Source of the DNA: Terriglobia bacterium
Lineage (GTDB): Bacteria; Acidobacteriota; Terriglobia; 20CM-2-55-15
DNA length: 64,000 nt
Assembly: GCA_965198225.1 (NCBI GenBank)
Contig: CBDAOY010000008.1
Coordinates: forward strand, 384,001 to 448,000
Reading direction: 5' to 3'
The position numbers and the translations under genes are program-made. The stretch's first letter is position 1. The number at the start of each line of letters is the position of its first letter. The notes under the pieces are model-generated. The model was not told the origin of the DNA. It saw nothing but the letters and a program-made list of their open reading frames with translations, and did no database searches. Positions 10,783 to 19,705 of this stretch are shown here, piece by piece.

Positions 10783-11763
10783 TCAGGGCACCTGATAGTA
10801 ACCGCGCTTGTGGACGATCTGGTAGGGCTTGTCGCAGACCACTTCGATCCGGCGGAAGACGAGCTTTGTCGGGGATGCCGCATTGTTGGACACGTAGCCT
10901 AGAACGTATTGGTTGCGGGCCTGTTCGGTCAGCTTCGCGTACGCCCGCTCGAGGTCCTCGTCCGAACCGGCATGGAGGTAGTCGCCTCCGGTCCAGATTG
11001 CGTAGTCATCGAGCACGGATTTAATGCGGGAGTACCAGTTTGCTTTGATGCCGATCGTGTAGGCCTGGATCTCGTAGTCGATCATCTGAAGAAGGTTGTC
11101 ATCGAAGTTGTGCGTGCTCTCTTCGGTGTTGCCGTCGGAAACAAGGACTATCACCTTTCTTTTCTCTTCGGGACGGTGTCTCAACGCTAAGGATGCTTCA
11201 TAGACGGCGTCGTGAAGAACCCGCTTGTCGGGCCTGAGGGGAGTCTGCGTGGTCGTGATGACGCTGCGTCCGTTGATGCTGGGTGAAGGCTGTGCGGCCC
11301 TCCCTCCCACGGCTTCGATGGTGGGCTGGAGGTCCCGGAGTTGTTCCATCGCCAGCCGGACGACTTCCGGATCGGATTCGAAGTCCTGCACCATCTGGAC
11401 GCGGTTGTCGAACTTGTAGATCGCCACTTCATCCATCGGGCTGAACGCAGCGACCAGCGCCGGGATGGATGCCTGAAGCGACAACAGCGACTTGGCGGGG
11501 AGGCCCGTGTCGATCATCACCACGACCGAGAGCGGGATGGGATCGATGCTGAACTGCTGGATTTCCTGGACCTCGCCGTCTTCGAGCACCGTGATGTCGT
11601 CCTGATCGAGACCCGCGATGAGCTTGCCGTCGGAGTCCTTGACCGTGAACGGAACGACGACCAGATCGACGCGCGTTCGGAGCTGGAACTGCTGTGCCGT
11701 CAGCACCGAGGCGAGCAGCGCAACAGCGACAACGGCGCTAATTACTGTCCTCGTCAGTCGCAT
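10783..11763 (-). CDS. Secreted VWA-domain protein (acidobacterial type)
   Basis: RVDLVVVPFTVKD, FSIDPIPLSVVVMIDT, VIVLVSDG, TGG, ARNQYVLGY, GYY C-terminus. Confidence 0.85.
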   Translation of the reverse strand: MRLTRTVISAVVAVALLASVLTAQQFQLRTRVDLVVVPFTVKDSDGKLIAGLDQDDITVLEDGEVQEIQQFSIDPIPLSVVVMIDTGLPAKSLLSLQASIPALVAAFSPMDEVAIYKFDNRVQMVQDFESDPEVVRLAMEQLRDLQPTIEAVGGRAAQPSPSINGRSVITTTQTPLRPDKRVLHDAVYEASLALRHRPEEKRKVIVLVSDGNTEESTHNFDDNLLQMIDYEIQAYTIGIKANWYSRIKSVLDDYAIWTGGDYLHAGSDEDLERAYAKLTEQARNQYVLGYVSNNAASPTKLVFRRIEVVCDKPYQIVHKRGYYQVP

Positions 11764-12646
11764 AGTAGCCCCGTCTGGCGCGAACGTTCAGGCGCTTGTT
11801 TCGAGGAGTGATCTTTATCCGCCTGTACTTGCCGTCTTTTTCGAGGTTGGTCGAGACGTATCCCAGGCTGTACTGCGTCCGCAACTCCGCGGCGATCTGG
11901 CTGAAGATGTCCTCGAAGTTCGACTTGTTGTCCAGCACGAATACGGCGCCGCCGGTTTCCTCCGAAAGGGTCTTGAGCGTGCGCATGTCGCCACTGCGCC
12001 GGCCCCCGAGGAATCCGCGCCGGGGTGGGGCATTCGAGATCGAGTAGATGACGGCGTCTCCCTGGTGTGCGGCGACCAGGGATTCGTCGCGTTTGACCCG
12101 GCTGGTCGTGTCCTCGCCGTCGCTGATCAGGATGATCGCCTTCCGTCCGGTTTCGTGCCGGAGCTTCTCGCGGCTCGCCAGGTAAACGGCGTCGTAGACG
12201 GAGGTCCCGCTGCCGATGTCGAGAGAGTAGACGGCGTCGCCCAGCAGTCGAGTGCTTTCGGTGAAGTCCTGAATCAGGGTGATCGAGCGATCGAACCCGA
12301 TGATCAGTGCAAGGTCCTGTGTCCTGAGGATCGATTCGAGGAAGCTAACCGCCGTCCGCTTTTCTTCGTCAAAGACGGGACGGACGCTCGGAGAAGTGTC
12401 CACCAGCATCGCGAGTGTCAAGGGCAGCTCGTTCTCGCGGGCGAAGTACTGGATAGCCTGGCGGTCCCCATCTTCTTCTACCGTGAAATCCTCGGGTCCA
12501 AGGCCCGAAACGAGCCGGCCTCTGTTGTCGGTCACCGTGAAGAGGACGTTGACCAGATCCACGCCGACCTTGATCGTGAACTGCTCGGCCGCCAACGGCT
12601 CGAAAGCCAGCAGGGCCAGCAGGATAAGGACCGCGAAGCGAATCAT
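11738..12646 (-). CDS. Secreted VWA-domain protein (acidobacterial type)
   Basis: IKVGVDLVNVLFTVTD, MIDAS motif DTSPS, TSVYDAV, ILISDGEDT, LRTQYSLGY, RARRGYYA. Confidence 0.88.
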   Translation of the reverse strand: MIRFAVLILLALLAFEPLAAEQFTIKVGVDLVNVLFTVTDNRGRLVSGLGPEDFTVEEDGDRQAIQYFARENELPLTLAMLVDTSPSVRPVFDEEKRTAVSFLESILRTQDLALIIGFDRSITLIQDFTESTRLLGDAVYSLDIGSGTSVYDAVYLASREKLRHETGRKAIILISDGEDTTSRVKRDESLVAAHQGDAVIYSISNAPPRRGFLGGRRSGDMRTLKTLSEETGGAVFVLDNKSNFEDIFSQIAAELRTQYSLGYVSTNLEKDGKYRRIKITPRNKRLNVRARRGYYATDEDSN

Positions 12647-12730
12647 TAGCGTCATGTTAACATGCTCGTTTGGCGTGAATGAGGTCTTAGACGCCGTGGT
12701 GGGCTTTTCGTTCTCCGATTTCCGCAGCCT

Positions 12731-14128
12731 ATGCTCCGATTGAACAACACCCTGAACGGTCGGCAGGAAGAATTCAAACCTCTGGACGGGGAAACCGTGC
12801 GGATGTACATCTGTGGCCCGACCGTCCACGATTTCGCGCATATCGGTAACTTCCGGACCTACGTCTTTGGGGACATCCTCCGCCGCCACCTGACGAGCAA
12901 GGGGTGGAAGATGATGGAAGTGATGAACATCACCGACGTCGACGACCGGATCATCGAGAAGGCCCTGGCGAAAGGCGTCGACATCAAGACCTACACCGAG
13001 AAGTTCACGGAGTCGTTTCTCGAGGATAGCGACAGCCTGGGCATCGAGCGACCCGAGGTGATCGCCCGCGCCACAGACCACATTCCCGAGATGATCCAAC
13101 TGGTCGAAGCGCTGCTCGACAAAGGGCATGCCTATCGTGAGGGTGACTCGATCTACTTCCGCATATCCAGCTTTCCGGAATACGGAAAACTCGCGCGCAT
13201 CGACACGCAGCAGTTGATGGACGGCGCTCGTGTCGATGCGGACCGGTACGACAAGGAATCGCCCCAGGATTTCGTGCTCTGGAAGGCGCCGAAGGAAGAA
13301 AACGAGCCGCGCTGGAAAGCCGCCATCGGCACGGGCCGGCCGGGTTGGCACCTGGAATGCTCCGCGATGTCGATGAAGTACCTCGGCGAGAGCTTCGACC
13401 TGCACTGCGGTGGCGTCGACCTGATCTTCCCGCATCACACGAACGAGATTGCCCAGAGCCGGGCGGGTACGGGCGGCGGGTTCGCGCTTTTCTGGGTCCA
13501 CAGCGAATTCCTTCACGTTGAAGGCGAGAAGATGGCGAAGTCGACCGGCAACTTCTTTACGCTTCGTGAGTTGGTCGAGAAAGGCTTCGAGCCTCTCGCG
13601 ATCCGGTACTTGCTGGTTTCAGTTCCATACCGGAAGCAGCTGAACTTCACCTTCGACGGACTCCATCAGGCGAACCAGTCGCTGGGCCGCATCAAGGATT
13701 TTCTATTCCGCCTGAAATCGACCGCGATTCCCCCAGGTCGGGATGCCGAAGCAGAGAGATCGCTGGACGAAGCCCGGCGGCAGTTCGAAGCGGCGTTGGA
13801 CGACGACCTCAACACCGCGCAGGCTCTCGCCGCTGTGTTCGACCTCATCCGTGCGGCGAACACGGCGCTCGATGAAGGGACGTTGCACGAGGAGGACCGG
13901 ACCGCGATCGAAGACTGGTTCATCGAGGTCGATCGGCGTTTGGGAATCGTGCCGCCGCTGGATGGACCCCGCGATCCGGACCGCGATATTGAGGATTTGA
14001 TCGCGCAGCGGAACCAGGCCCGGGCGGCCCGGGACTTCGCTCTTGCAGACGAACTCCGCCAACGCCTGCTCGACAAGAACGTCGTGATCGAGGACACGAA
14101 AGAGGGGACGCGGTGGAGGTACAGGTAA
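12731..14128 (+). CDS. cysS: Cysteine--tRNA ligase
   Basis: CGPTVHDFAHIGN, NITDVDD, DFVLWK, GRPGWHLEC, KMAKS. Confidence 0.97.
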   Translation: MLRLNNTLNGRQEEFKPLDGETVRMYICGPTVHDFAHIGNFRTYVFGDILRRHLTSKGWKMMEVMNITDVDDRIIEKALAKGVDIKTYTEKFTESFLEDSDSLGIERPEVIARATDHIPEMIQLVEALLDKGHAYREGDSIYFRISSFPEYGKLARIDTQQLMDGARVDADRYDKESPQDFVLWKAPKEENEPRWKAAIGTGRPGWHLECSAMSMKYLGESFDLHCGGVDLIFPHHTNEIAQSRAGTGGGFALFWVHSEFLHVEGEKMAKSTGNFFTLRELVEKGFEPLAIRYLLVSVPYRKQLNFTFDGLHQANQSLGRIKDFLFRLKSTAIPPGRDAEAERSLDEARRQFEAALDDDLNTAQALAAVFDLIRAANTALDEGTLHEEDRTAIEDWFIEVDRRLGIVPPLDGPRDPDRDIEDLIAQRNQARAARDFALADELRQRLLDKNVVIEDTKEGTRWRYR

Positions 14129-14130
14129 GA

Positions 14131-14269
14131 AGGTAGGCCGTAGGCCGTTGTCCGTTGAGTTGCTGCGAGCCGACAGAAGCAGCTTCGTCCCAAGATTGAT
14201 TCTTGACCAGTAACAGGGCGTCGCGCTCGTTCCGAACAACGTCCTACGGGTAACGGCCTACGGCCTACG
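14131..14269. repeat. Inverted element built from heptamer units (CGGCCTA / ACAACGG)
   Basis: gtaggccgtaggccgttgtccgtt ... acaacgtcctacgggtaacggcctacggcctac; related units at 29084-29110 and 62808-62912. Confidence 0.6.
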
Positions 14270-14280
14270 ACCCACAGACC

Positions 14281-15594
14281 ATGAACAAACTTCCCAACAT
14301 CATCACCAGCCTTCCAGGTCCGAACGCTCAGAAGGTGATCGAAGATGATCACCGCCTGGTGTCGCCGTCCTACACGCGGTCTTACCCGTTCGTTGCCCGC
14401 AAGGGGCAGGGCGCTCTGGTCGAGGATGTCGACGGGAACCGGTTCCTGGATTTCAACGCCGGCATCGCCGTGTGTTCGACGGGCCACTGTCACCCCGACG
14501 TCGTACGGGCGATCCAGGAGCAGGCCGCCGACCTGGTCCACATGTCCGGAACCGACTTCTACTACCCACACATGACTGAGGTCGCTGCGGAACTGGAGTC
14601 GCTCGTGCCGTACGGAAACGGTTGGCGTTGTTCTTACGGGAATTCCGGCGCCGAGGCGATCGAGGCCGCGATGAAGCTGGCGCGATATCATACCGGTCGA
14701 CAACAGTTCATCGCATTCCACAATGCGTTTCACGGCCGCACGATGGGCGCGTTGTCACTGACCAACTCCAAGCCGGTTCAGCGCAAACGCTTCTCACCCC
14801 TGGTTCCCGGCGTCACGCACGTGCCGTACCCGAACCCCTACCGGGATGGACCCGCGTGCGGGACGGATGCGATCAACTACATCCGCGACGTGGTTTTCCA
14901 CACGAGCGTCAATCCTGACGAGGTCGCCGCCATCGTGGTCGAGACCATCCAGGGCGAGGGAGGCTACATCGTTCCTCCGCCCGACTTCTATCCCCAACTG
15001 CAGGCGCTGGCGCGGGAGTACGGAATTCTGATCGTCGCCGACGAAGTGCAGTGCGGTTCAGGGCGCACCGGCCGGATGTTTGCCTTCGAGCACTTCGACT
15101 TCGAACCCGACGTCATCGCCCTGGCAAAAGGGATCGCGTCGGGCATGCCGCTGGGCGTCACGATGGCGCGGGCGGAACTGATGAACTGGGTGCCCGGAAG
15201 CCACGCCTCCACGTTCGGTGGAAATCCCGTGTGCCTGGCCGCGGCTCGAGCGACTCTCGAGTTATTGCGCAAGGAGTACCTGGAGAACTGCCGGAGGGTC
15301 GGCGAGTTTCTCATGAACGGTGCGCGAGAACTGATGGCCCCCTACCCCGTCATCGGAGATGTTCGTGGCCTGGGCCTCATGATCGGGATCGAACTCGTGC
15401 GGGATCGGGAGACGAAGCAGATGGCGCCCGCGTTGCGTGATGCCGTTATCGAAGAGTGTTTCAAACGCGGCCTGCTCGTTCTCGGTGCCGGCCCGTCGAC
15501 GATTCGACTGTCCCCGCCCCTGCTCGTGGACGAAGAACAGTGCCGGTTTGCCCTTGCCACGCTCGGCGACGCGATCGCCGAAGTTTCGGATTGA
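14281..15594 (+). CDS. Class-III PLP aminotransferase (acetylornithine/4-aminobutyrate aminotransferase family)
   Basis: DVDGNRFLDF, NSGAEAIEAA, FHGRT, ETIQGEGG, DEVQCG.GRTG, AKGIASG, STFGGNP. Confidence 0.9.
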   Translation: MNKLPNIITSLPGPNAQKVIEDDHRLVSPSYTRSYPFVARKGQGALVEDVDGNRFLDFNAGIAVCSTGHCHPDVVRAIQEQAADLVHMSGTDFYYPHMTEVAAELESLVPYGNGWRCSYGNSGAEAIEAAMKLARYHTGRQQFIAFHNAFHGRTMGALSLTNSKPVQRKRFSPLVPGVTHVPYPNPYRDGPACGTDAINYIRDVVFHTSVNPDEVAAIVVETIQGEGGYIVPPPDFYPQLQALAREYGILIVADEVQCGSGRTGRMFAFEHFDFEPDVIALAKGIASGMPLGVTMARAELMNWVPGSHASTFGGNPVCLAAARATLELLRKEYLENCRRVGEFLMNGARELMAPYPVIGDVRGLGLMIGIELVRDRETKQMAPALRDAVIEECFKRGLLVLGAGPSTIRLSPPLLVDEEQCRFALATLGDAIAEVSD

Positions 15595-15604
15595 TTCCTA
15601 TCTG

Positions 15605-16006
15605 ATGCCGTTCCCTTTGACCTGGAGCAAGCTGTTCCGCACAGAGACGCCGGGCTTCGGGCGACGTGCTGAAATCCTCGGCGCCGAGCACCTCCGTTCG
15701 CTCGGGTTCCGGTTGCTCGCCTCGCCGTATCGAGTGGTCACCGGCGAGGTCGACATCGTCGCATTGGACGACGACTGCCTCGTCTTTGTGGAGGTCAAGG
15801 CGCGGCGGTCCGACCCCCATCCCGAGGATGCCGTCAACCTCGAAAAACGCCGGCGCATCGAGCGGGCAGCCCGCCACTACCGCCGGCGGTCTCCCCGCCG
15901 CGACCTTCGCTATCGGTTCGACATCCTTGCCGTGGTCCAACCCGACGGGGGAGAGCCCCGGTTCCGGCTGATCAGGGACGCGTTCCGGGAATCTGGAGGT
16001 GCGTGA
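15605..16006 (+). CDS. YraN (UPF0102) family predicted endonuclease
   Basis: G...E, GEVDIVA, LVFVEVKAR, YRFDILAV. Confidence 0.88.
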   Translation: MPFPLTWSKLFRTETPGFGRRAEILGAEHLRSLGFRLLASPYRVVTGEVDIVALDDDCLVFVEVKARRSDPHPEDAVNLEKRRRIERAARHYRRRSPRRDLRYRFDILAVVQPDGGEPRFRLIRDAFRESGGA

Positions 16007-16045
16007 GCGCGGCCCGCCTGCAACCAGGGCCGAGCAGCATTGGCC

Positions 16046-16074
16046 TTGAACCGGTTCGTTCATAAACCTATAAT
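16046..16074 (+). promoter_or_regulatory. Sigma70 promoter of tRNA-Gly
   Basis: TTGAAC-17-TATAAT just upstream of the tRNA. Confidence 0.7.
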
Positions 16075-16087
16075 TTGGCTTGCATCG

Positions 16088-16159
16088 GCGGGAATAACTC
16101 AGTGGTAGAGTGCGACCTTGCCAAGGTCGAAGTCGCGGGTTCGAATCCCGTTTCCCGCT
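16088..16159 (+). tRNA. tRNA-Gly (GCC)
   Basis: gcgggaa acceptor stem, anticodon arm cgacc-ttGCCaa-ggtcg, T-loop ggttcgaatcc; CCA not encoded. Confidence 0.96.
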
Positions 16160-16374
16160 CTCAACTGACCGATAGTTCTGCCGTATTTGTACCGCGTTTA
16201 GCGTGCCAGCGCCGTTTCGAGTTCCTCTACCGCTCCACGTCGACTTTTAGCCGAAGTCTGCGTGTGGACATTCAAGTCCGCCTCGATTCCGGAATTCAAG
16301 ACGTTTCCCTGCCTTGCTTCACCCAGCGACCACAACAGGTTATAGTCTTGGGTTTGAACCAATAAGTCTGATTA

Positions 16375-18462
16375 ATGATCCATGGCGGCTGGCGGCGAAT
16401 GCCAGAGCTCGCCGCACGTTCCTTCCTGACCGTGCAAGACGACGACAAAACCAGAGACGAGCTTCTAGAGGAGTTGCGGGAGCTGAGGAGTCGCACAGCC
16501 CATGTTCCCGTCGCCACCTCGGCTGACTCTGACGCCGGGAACTGGAGAAGACGCCTGGATGAAGTGACAGCGGGGATGCAGGGCGTGGTTTATCGCGTCG
16601 AACGCGACGCCGGCGGGGCTACGCAGATGACCTTCATCAGCGAGTCATGCCGTGAAATCTACGGTCTGGAACCCAAGGAGGCGATCGCAGACATCTCTGT
16701 CCTGTGGGACATGATCGTCCCCGAGGATCTGCAGACGTTCAAGGACGTCGTCCGGCAATCGGAAACCACGCTGAAGCCGTGGAAACTGGACTATCGGATC
16801 GTCGACCGTCGAGGGCGCCTGAAATGGCTGCGGGGGATCTCCTACCCCCGGCGGGAAGCGGGTGGGTGCACCGTCTGGAATGGTTTCATCTCTGACATCA
16901 CCAACTGGAAGCAGATCGAGAGAGAACTCCTCGACAGCCAGCGGTTCGTCCATCGCATTGCAGAATCCATGCCCGGGCTTCTGACCGTTTACGACCTGGT
17001 CAAGCAGAAGCATGTGTTCACGAACGGCCGGATCACTGAAATTCTTGGCTACACCTTGGAAGAACTCCAGAGCGCACTGTCTGCTGGCCCTGAGAGCCTC
17101 CTCCACCCTGACGACACGTCCGAGGTGCGCTCGTTGCTGGCCTGGTTGGAGACTGCGAAGGACGGGGAGATCTACGAATCGCGCTGCCGCATGAAGGCTG
17201 CCGGCGGTGGTTATCGCTGGCTGGGGTGTCGGGGTACGATCCTCGAACGGCAAGCTGACGGCAGGCCGCGCCTTTACCTGACGGTCGCCATGGACGTCAC
17301 CGATCAGGTGAACCTGGAATCGCAGGTCATCCAGTCCCAGAAGATGGACGCCGTCGGACGGCTTGCCGGCGGCGTCGCACACGACTTCAACAACCTTCTC
17401 ACGGTCATCCGGGGCTACAGCAGCCTGCTCGAAGAGGAACTTCCTTCGCCGAGCGCATCGTGGGAGAAGACCCGCGCGATTATACGGTCGGCCGAACGCG
17501 CCGAAGACCTGACCCGCCAGCTGCTGGCGTTCGGCCGCAAGCAGCGTGCAGAAGTCCGCGTGACGGACCTGAACAGACTGTTGTCTGAACACGACACCGT
17601 GCTCCGCCGCACGATCGGTGAGGATATCGAGTTGACAACCGTTCTGGGGCCAGAGCTCGGGGCGGTCCTGGTCGATCCGGGACACATCGACCAGGTGATA
17701 TTCAACCTCGCTATCAACGCCCGGGATGCGATGCCTTCCGGCGGGAAGCTGACCGTGACCACGTCCAACCTGGAGCTGGCCGAACCGTTTCTGGACGGTG
17801 CAGTCTCGATAGCGCCCGGCCGTTACGTAGTCATCCGGGTCCAGGATACGGGTCACGGCATGGATGGGCCGACCATGTCTCATGCTTTCGAGCCGTTCTT
17901 CACGACCAAAGAGCCTGGAAAAGGAACCGGCCTGGGACTGTCGGCGGTGTATGGCATCGTCAAACAGGCGGGCGGTTCGATTTCTCTCAACAGCACGCCC
18001 GGTGGAGGGACAACCTTTAGCGTCTATCTCCCCAGGATAGACGCTTTGGCCCAGGAGCCTGAAACTCGAGAAGCGGAGTCCTCGAACGCCTACAATACGG
18101 GGACGATTCTGCTTGTCGAAGACGACGACGAACTGAGAAAACTGGTCGCTACCGTTCTGGGGAACAAAGGCTATGACGTGATGGACTCGGCCGACCCTCG
18201 CGACGCCATCGAGCGCCTCAGGAAATCCGGTTCGGTAGATCTGATACTCACCGATGTCGTCATGCCCGGGCTGAGCGGTCCGGAAATGGTCGAGCGGATC
18301 ACCCACATTCAACCGAACCCAAAAGTGCTGTACATCTCCGGTTACACCGACAATTCCCGTCCTGCCCGCCAGCTGATCGAGGGCAATCCCTTCCTCGAAA
18401 AGCCGTTCACGCCGGCTGCGCTTCTCGAACGGGTCTCCAGCCTGATAGGATCGGGTTCGTAG
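16375..18462 (+). CDS. Hybrid PAS-PAS histidine kinase / response regulator (CckA-like architecture); start uncertain
   Basis: Two PAS/PAC repeats, [40 protein letters not shown], receiver LTDVVMP...KPF. Confidence 0.92.
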   Translation: MIHGGWRRMPELAARSFLTVQDDDKTRDELLEELRELRSRTAHVPVATSADSDAGNWRRRLDEVTAGMQGVVYRVERDAGGATQMTFISESCREIYGLEPKEAIADISVLWDMIVPEDLQTFKDVVRQSETTLKPWKLDYRIVDRRGRLKWLRGISYPRREAGGCTVWNGFISDITNWKQIERELLDSQRFVHRIAESMPGLLTVYDLVKQKHVFTNGRITEILGYTLEELQSALSAGPESLLHPDDTSEVRSLLAWLETAKDGEIYESRCRMKAAGGGYRWLGCRGTILERQADGRPRLYLTVAMDVTDQVNLESQVIQSQKMDAVGRLAGGVAHDFNNLLTVIRGYSSLLEEELPSPSASWEKTRAIIRSAERAEDLTRQLLAFGRKQRAEVRVTDLNRLLSEHDTVLRRTIGEDIELTTVLGPELGAVLVDPGHIDQVIFNLAINARDAMPSGGKLTVTTSNLELAEPFLDGAVSIAPGRYVVIRVQDTGHGMDGPTMSHAFEPFFTTKEPGKGTGLGLSAVYGIVKQAGGSISLNSTPGGGTTFSVYLPRIDALAQEPETREAESSNAYNTGTILLVEDDDELRKLVATVLGNKGYDVMDSADPRDAIERLRKSGSVDLILTDVVMPGLSGPEMVERITHIQPNPKVLYISGYTDNSRPARQLIEGNPFLEKPFTPAALLERVSSLIGSGS

Positions 18463-18601
18463 TGTTGGTTCTACTCTGAATCCCCCCGTCCCTCGCTCCA
18501 AGTCACAACACTTGTTGCACGCCCCCCCGAGAAGTGGTTCAATCTTGCTTCACGATTCGGCCCCTCACAGAGTGGGAGCCGGGAACAGGAGCATTTTCCC
18601 G

Positions 18602-19039
18602 ATGAGCGTCAAGATGTCCGCCCGTGCAGTAGGCGATGTTACCGTTATGGATGTTTCCGGGCGGATCACCGCTGGGGAAGGGTCCAACATCTTTCGCCAG
18701 ACGATCCGCGACCAGGTGGCGCAAGGGAATAAGGACATCCTTCTCAACCTCGAGGAAGTTTCCTACATCGACAGCAGCGGGCTGGGTGAGCTGGTACTCG
18801 GCCATGGCACGGTCACGCAGAACATCTGCGATTCGTGCGGCGCATCGGTCTTCCAGAACGACCAGGGGGATTGGGATCCCTGCCGGCAGTGCGAAGGAAC
18901 CGGCCGGACGAGCTGGGGACGCTTGAAGCTGACCAACCTAAACAGTCAGGTGCGCGAGTTGCTGGAGTTCTCCCGGTTGAATACGGTTTTTGAAATTCAC
19001 GAATCGGAAGAAGTCGCCATCGACAGCTTCAACCATTGA
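18602..19039 (+). CDS. STAS-domain anti-sigma-factor antagonist with inserted Cys4 zinc ribbon
   Basis: GRIT.GE, LLNLEEVSYIDSSGLGELV; insert CDSC-x14-CRQC before RLKL; L.TVFEIH..E..A..SF. Confidence 0.85.
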   Translation: MSVKMSARAVGDVTVMDVSGRITAGEGSNIFRQTIRDQVAQGNKDILLNLEEVSYIDSSGLGELVLGHGTVTQNICDSCGASVFQNDQGDWDPCRQCEGTGRTSWGRLKLTNLNSQVRELLEFSRLNTVFEIHESEEVAIDSFNH

Positions 19040-19080
19040 TGTAGCGAACCGGTGTCGTCCTACCGCCCTCCCGGACAGAT

Positions 19081-19581
19081 ATGAGACCGACCCCTGATAA
19101 TTCTTCCAGTATATCCGCGGAGTTTATCCAGGCATCCAGGACACTCCTCGCCGAGGACTACATGCCCAAGCTTCACAAGATTGTGGGCATGTTGTCGGAA
19201 GATGATGTCTGGTGGCGTCCGAACGAGGCCAGCAACAGTATCGGCAACATGCTGCTGCATATGTGCGGGAACTTGAGGCAGTGGATCATCAGTGGGGCCG
19301 GCGGGGCACCCGGCTCGCGCGACCGTCCTTCCGAATTCGCCGCGCGGGGTCCGATTCCGAAAGCGGAGTTGATGACGAAGGTCGAAGAGACCACCGCCGA
19401 GGTGGATCGCGTCCTGGCAGACCTGAGAGAAGCTTCGCTCGTCGATAGACTCGACGTCCAGGACTTCAATGTCACCCGCCTCCACGCCGTCTATCACTCC
19501 ATCGAACACTTCGGCTACCACCTGGGACAGATCGCGTACGTCGCAAAGATGCGGCGCGGCAAGGATTTGGAAATCTTTTGA
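19081..19581 (+). CDS. DinB-family (DUF1572-like) protein
   Basis: WWRPNEASNSIGNMLLHMCGNLRQW, RDRPSEF, EHFGYHLGQI. Confidence 0.85.
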   Translation: MRPTPDNSSSISAEFIQASRTLLAEDYMPKLHKIVGMLSEDDVWWRPNEASNSIGNMLLHMCGNLRQWIISGAGGAPGSRDRPSEFAARGPIPKAELMTKVEETTAEVDRVLADLREASLVDRLDVQDFNVTRLHAVYHSIEHFGYHLGQIAYVAKMRRGKDLEIF

Positions 19582-19588
19582 AGAAGGT

Positions 19589-19704
19589 GTAGGTGCGGTC
19601 TATGACCGCACATTCTTGCAATCGGAACGTTGTGCGCTCACAGAGCGCACCTACACCCGGGCCTACTGATTCCACGAGTTTGTGCGGTCATAGACCGCAC
19701 CTAC
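19589..19704. repeat. GTAG-family REP cluster (A forward, B reverse, A reverse)
   Basis: GTAGGTGCGGTCTATGACCGCAC; GTGCGCTCACAGAGCGCACCTAC; GTGCGGTCATAGACCGCACCTAC. Confidence 0.88.
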
Positions 19705-19705
19705 A

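Noticed and set aside
12647-13516. N-terminal extension of the 592-aa VWA ORF
   Set aside because: It is antisense to cysS; the real protein starts at the signal peptide near 12646
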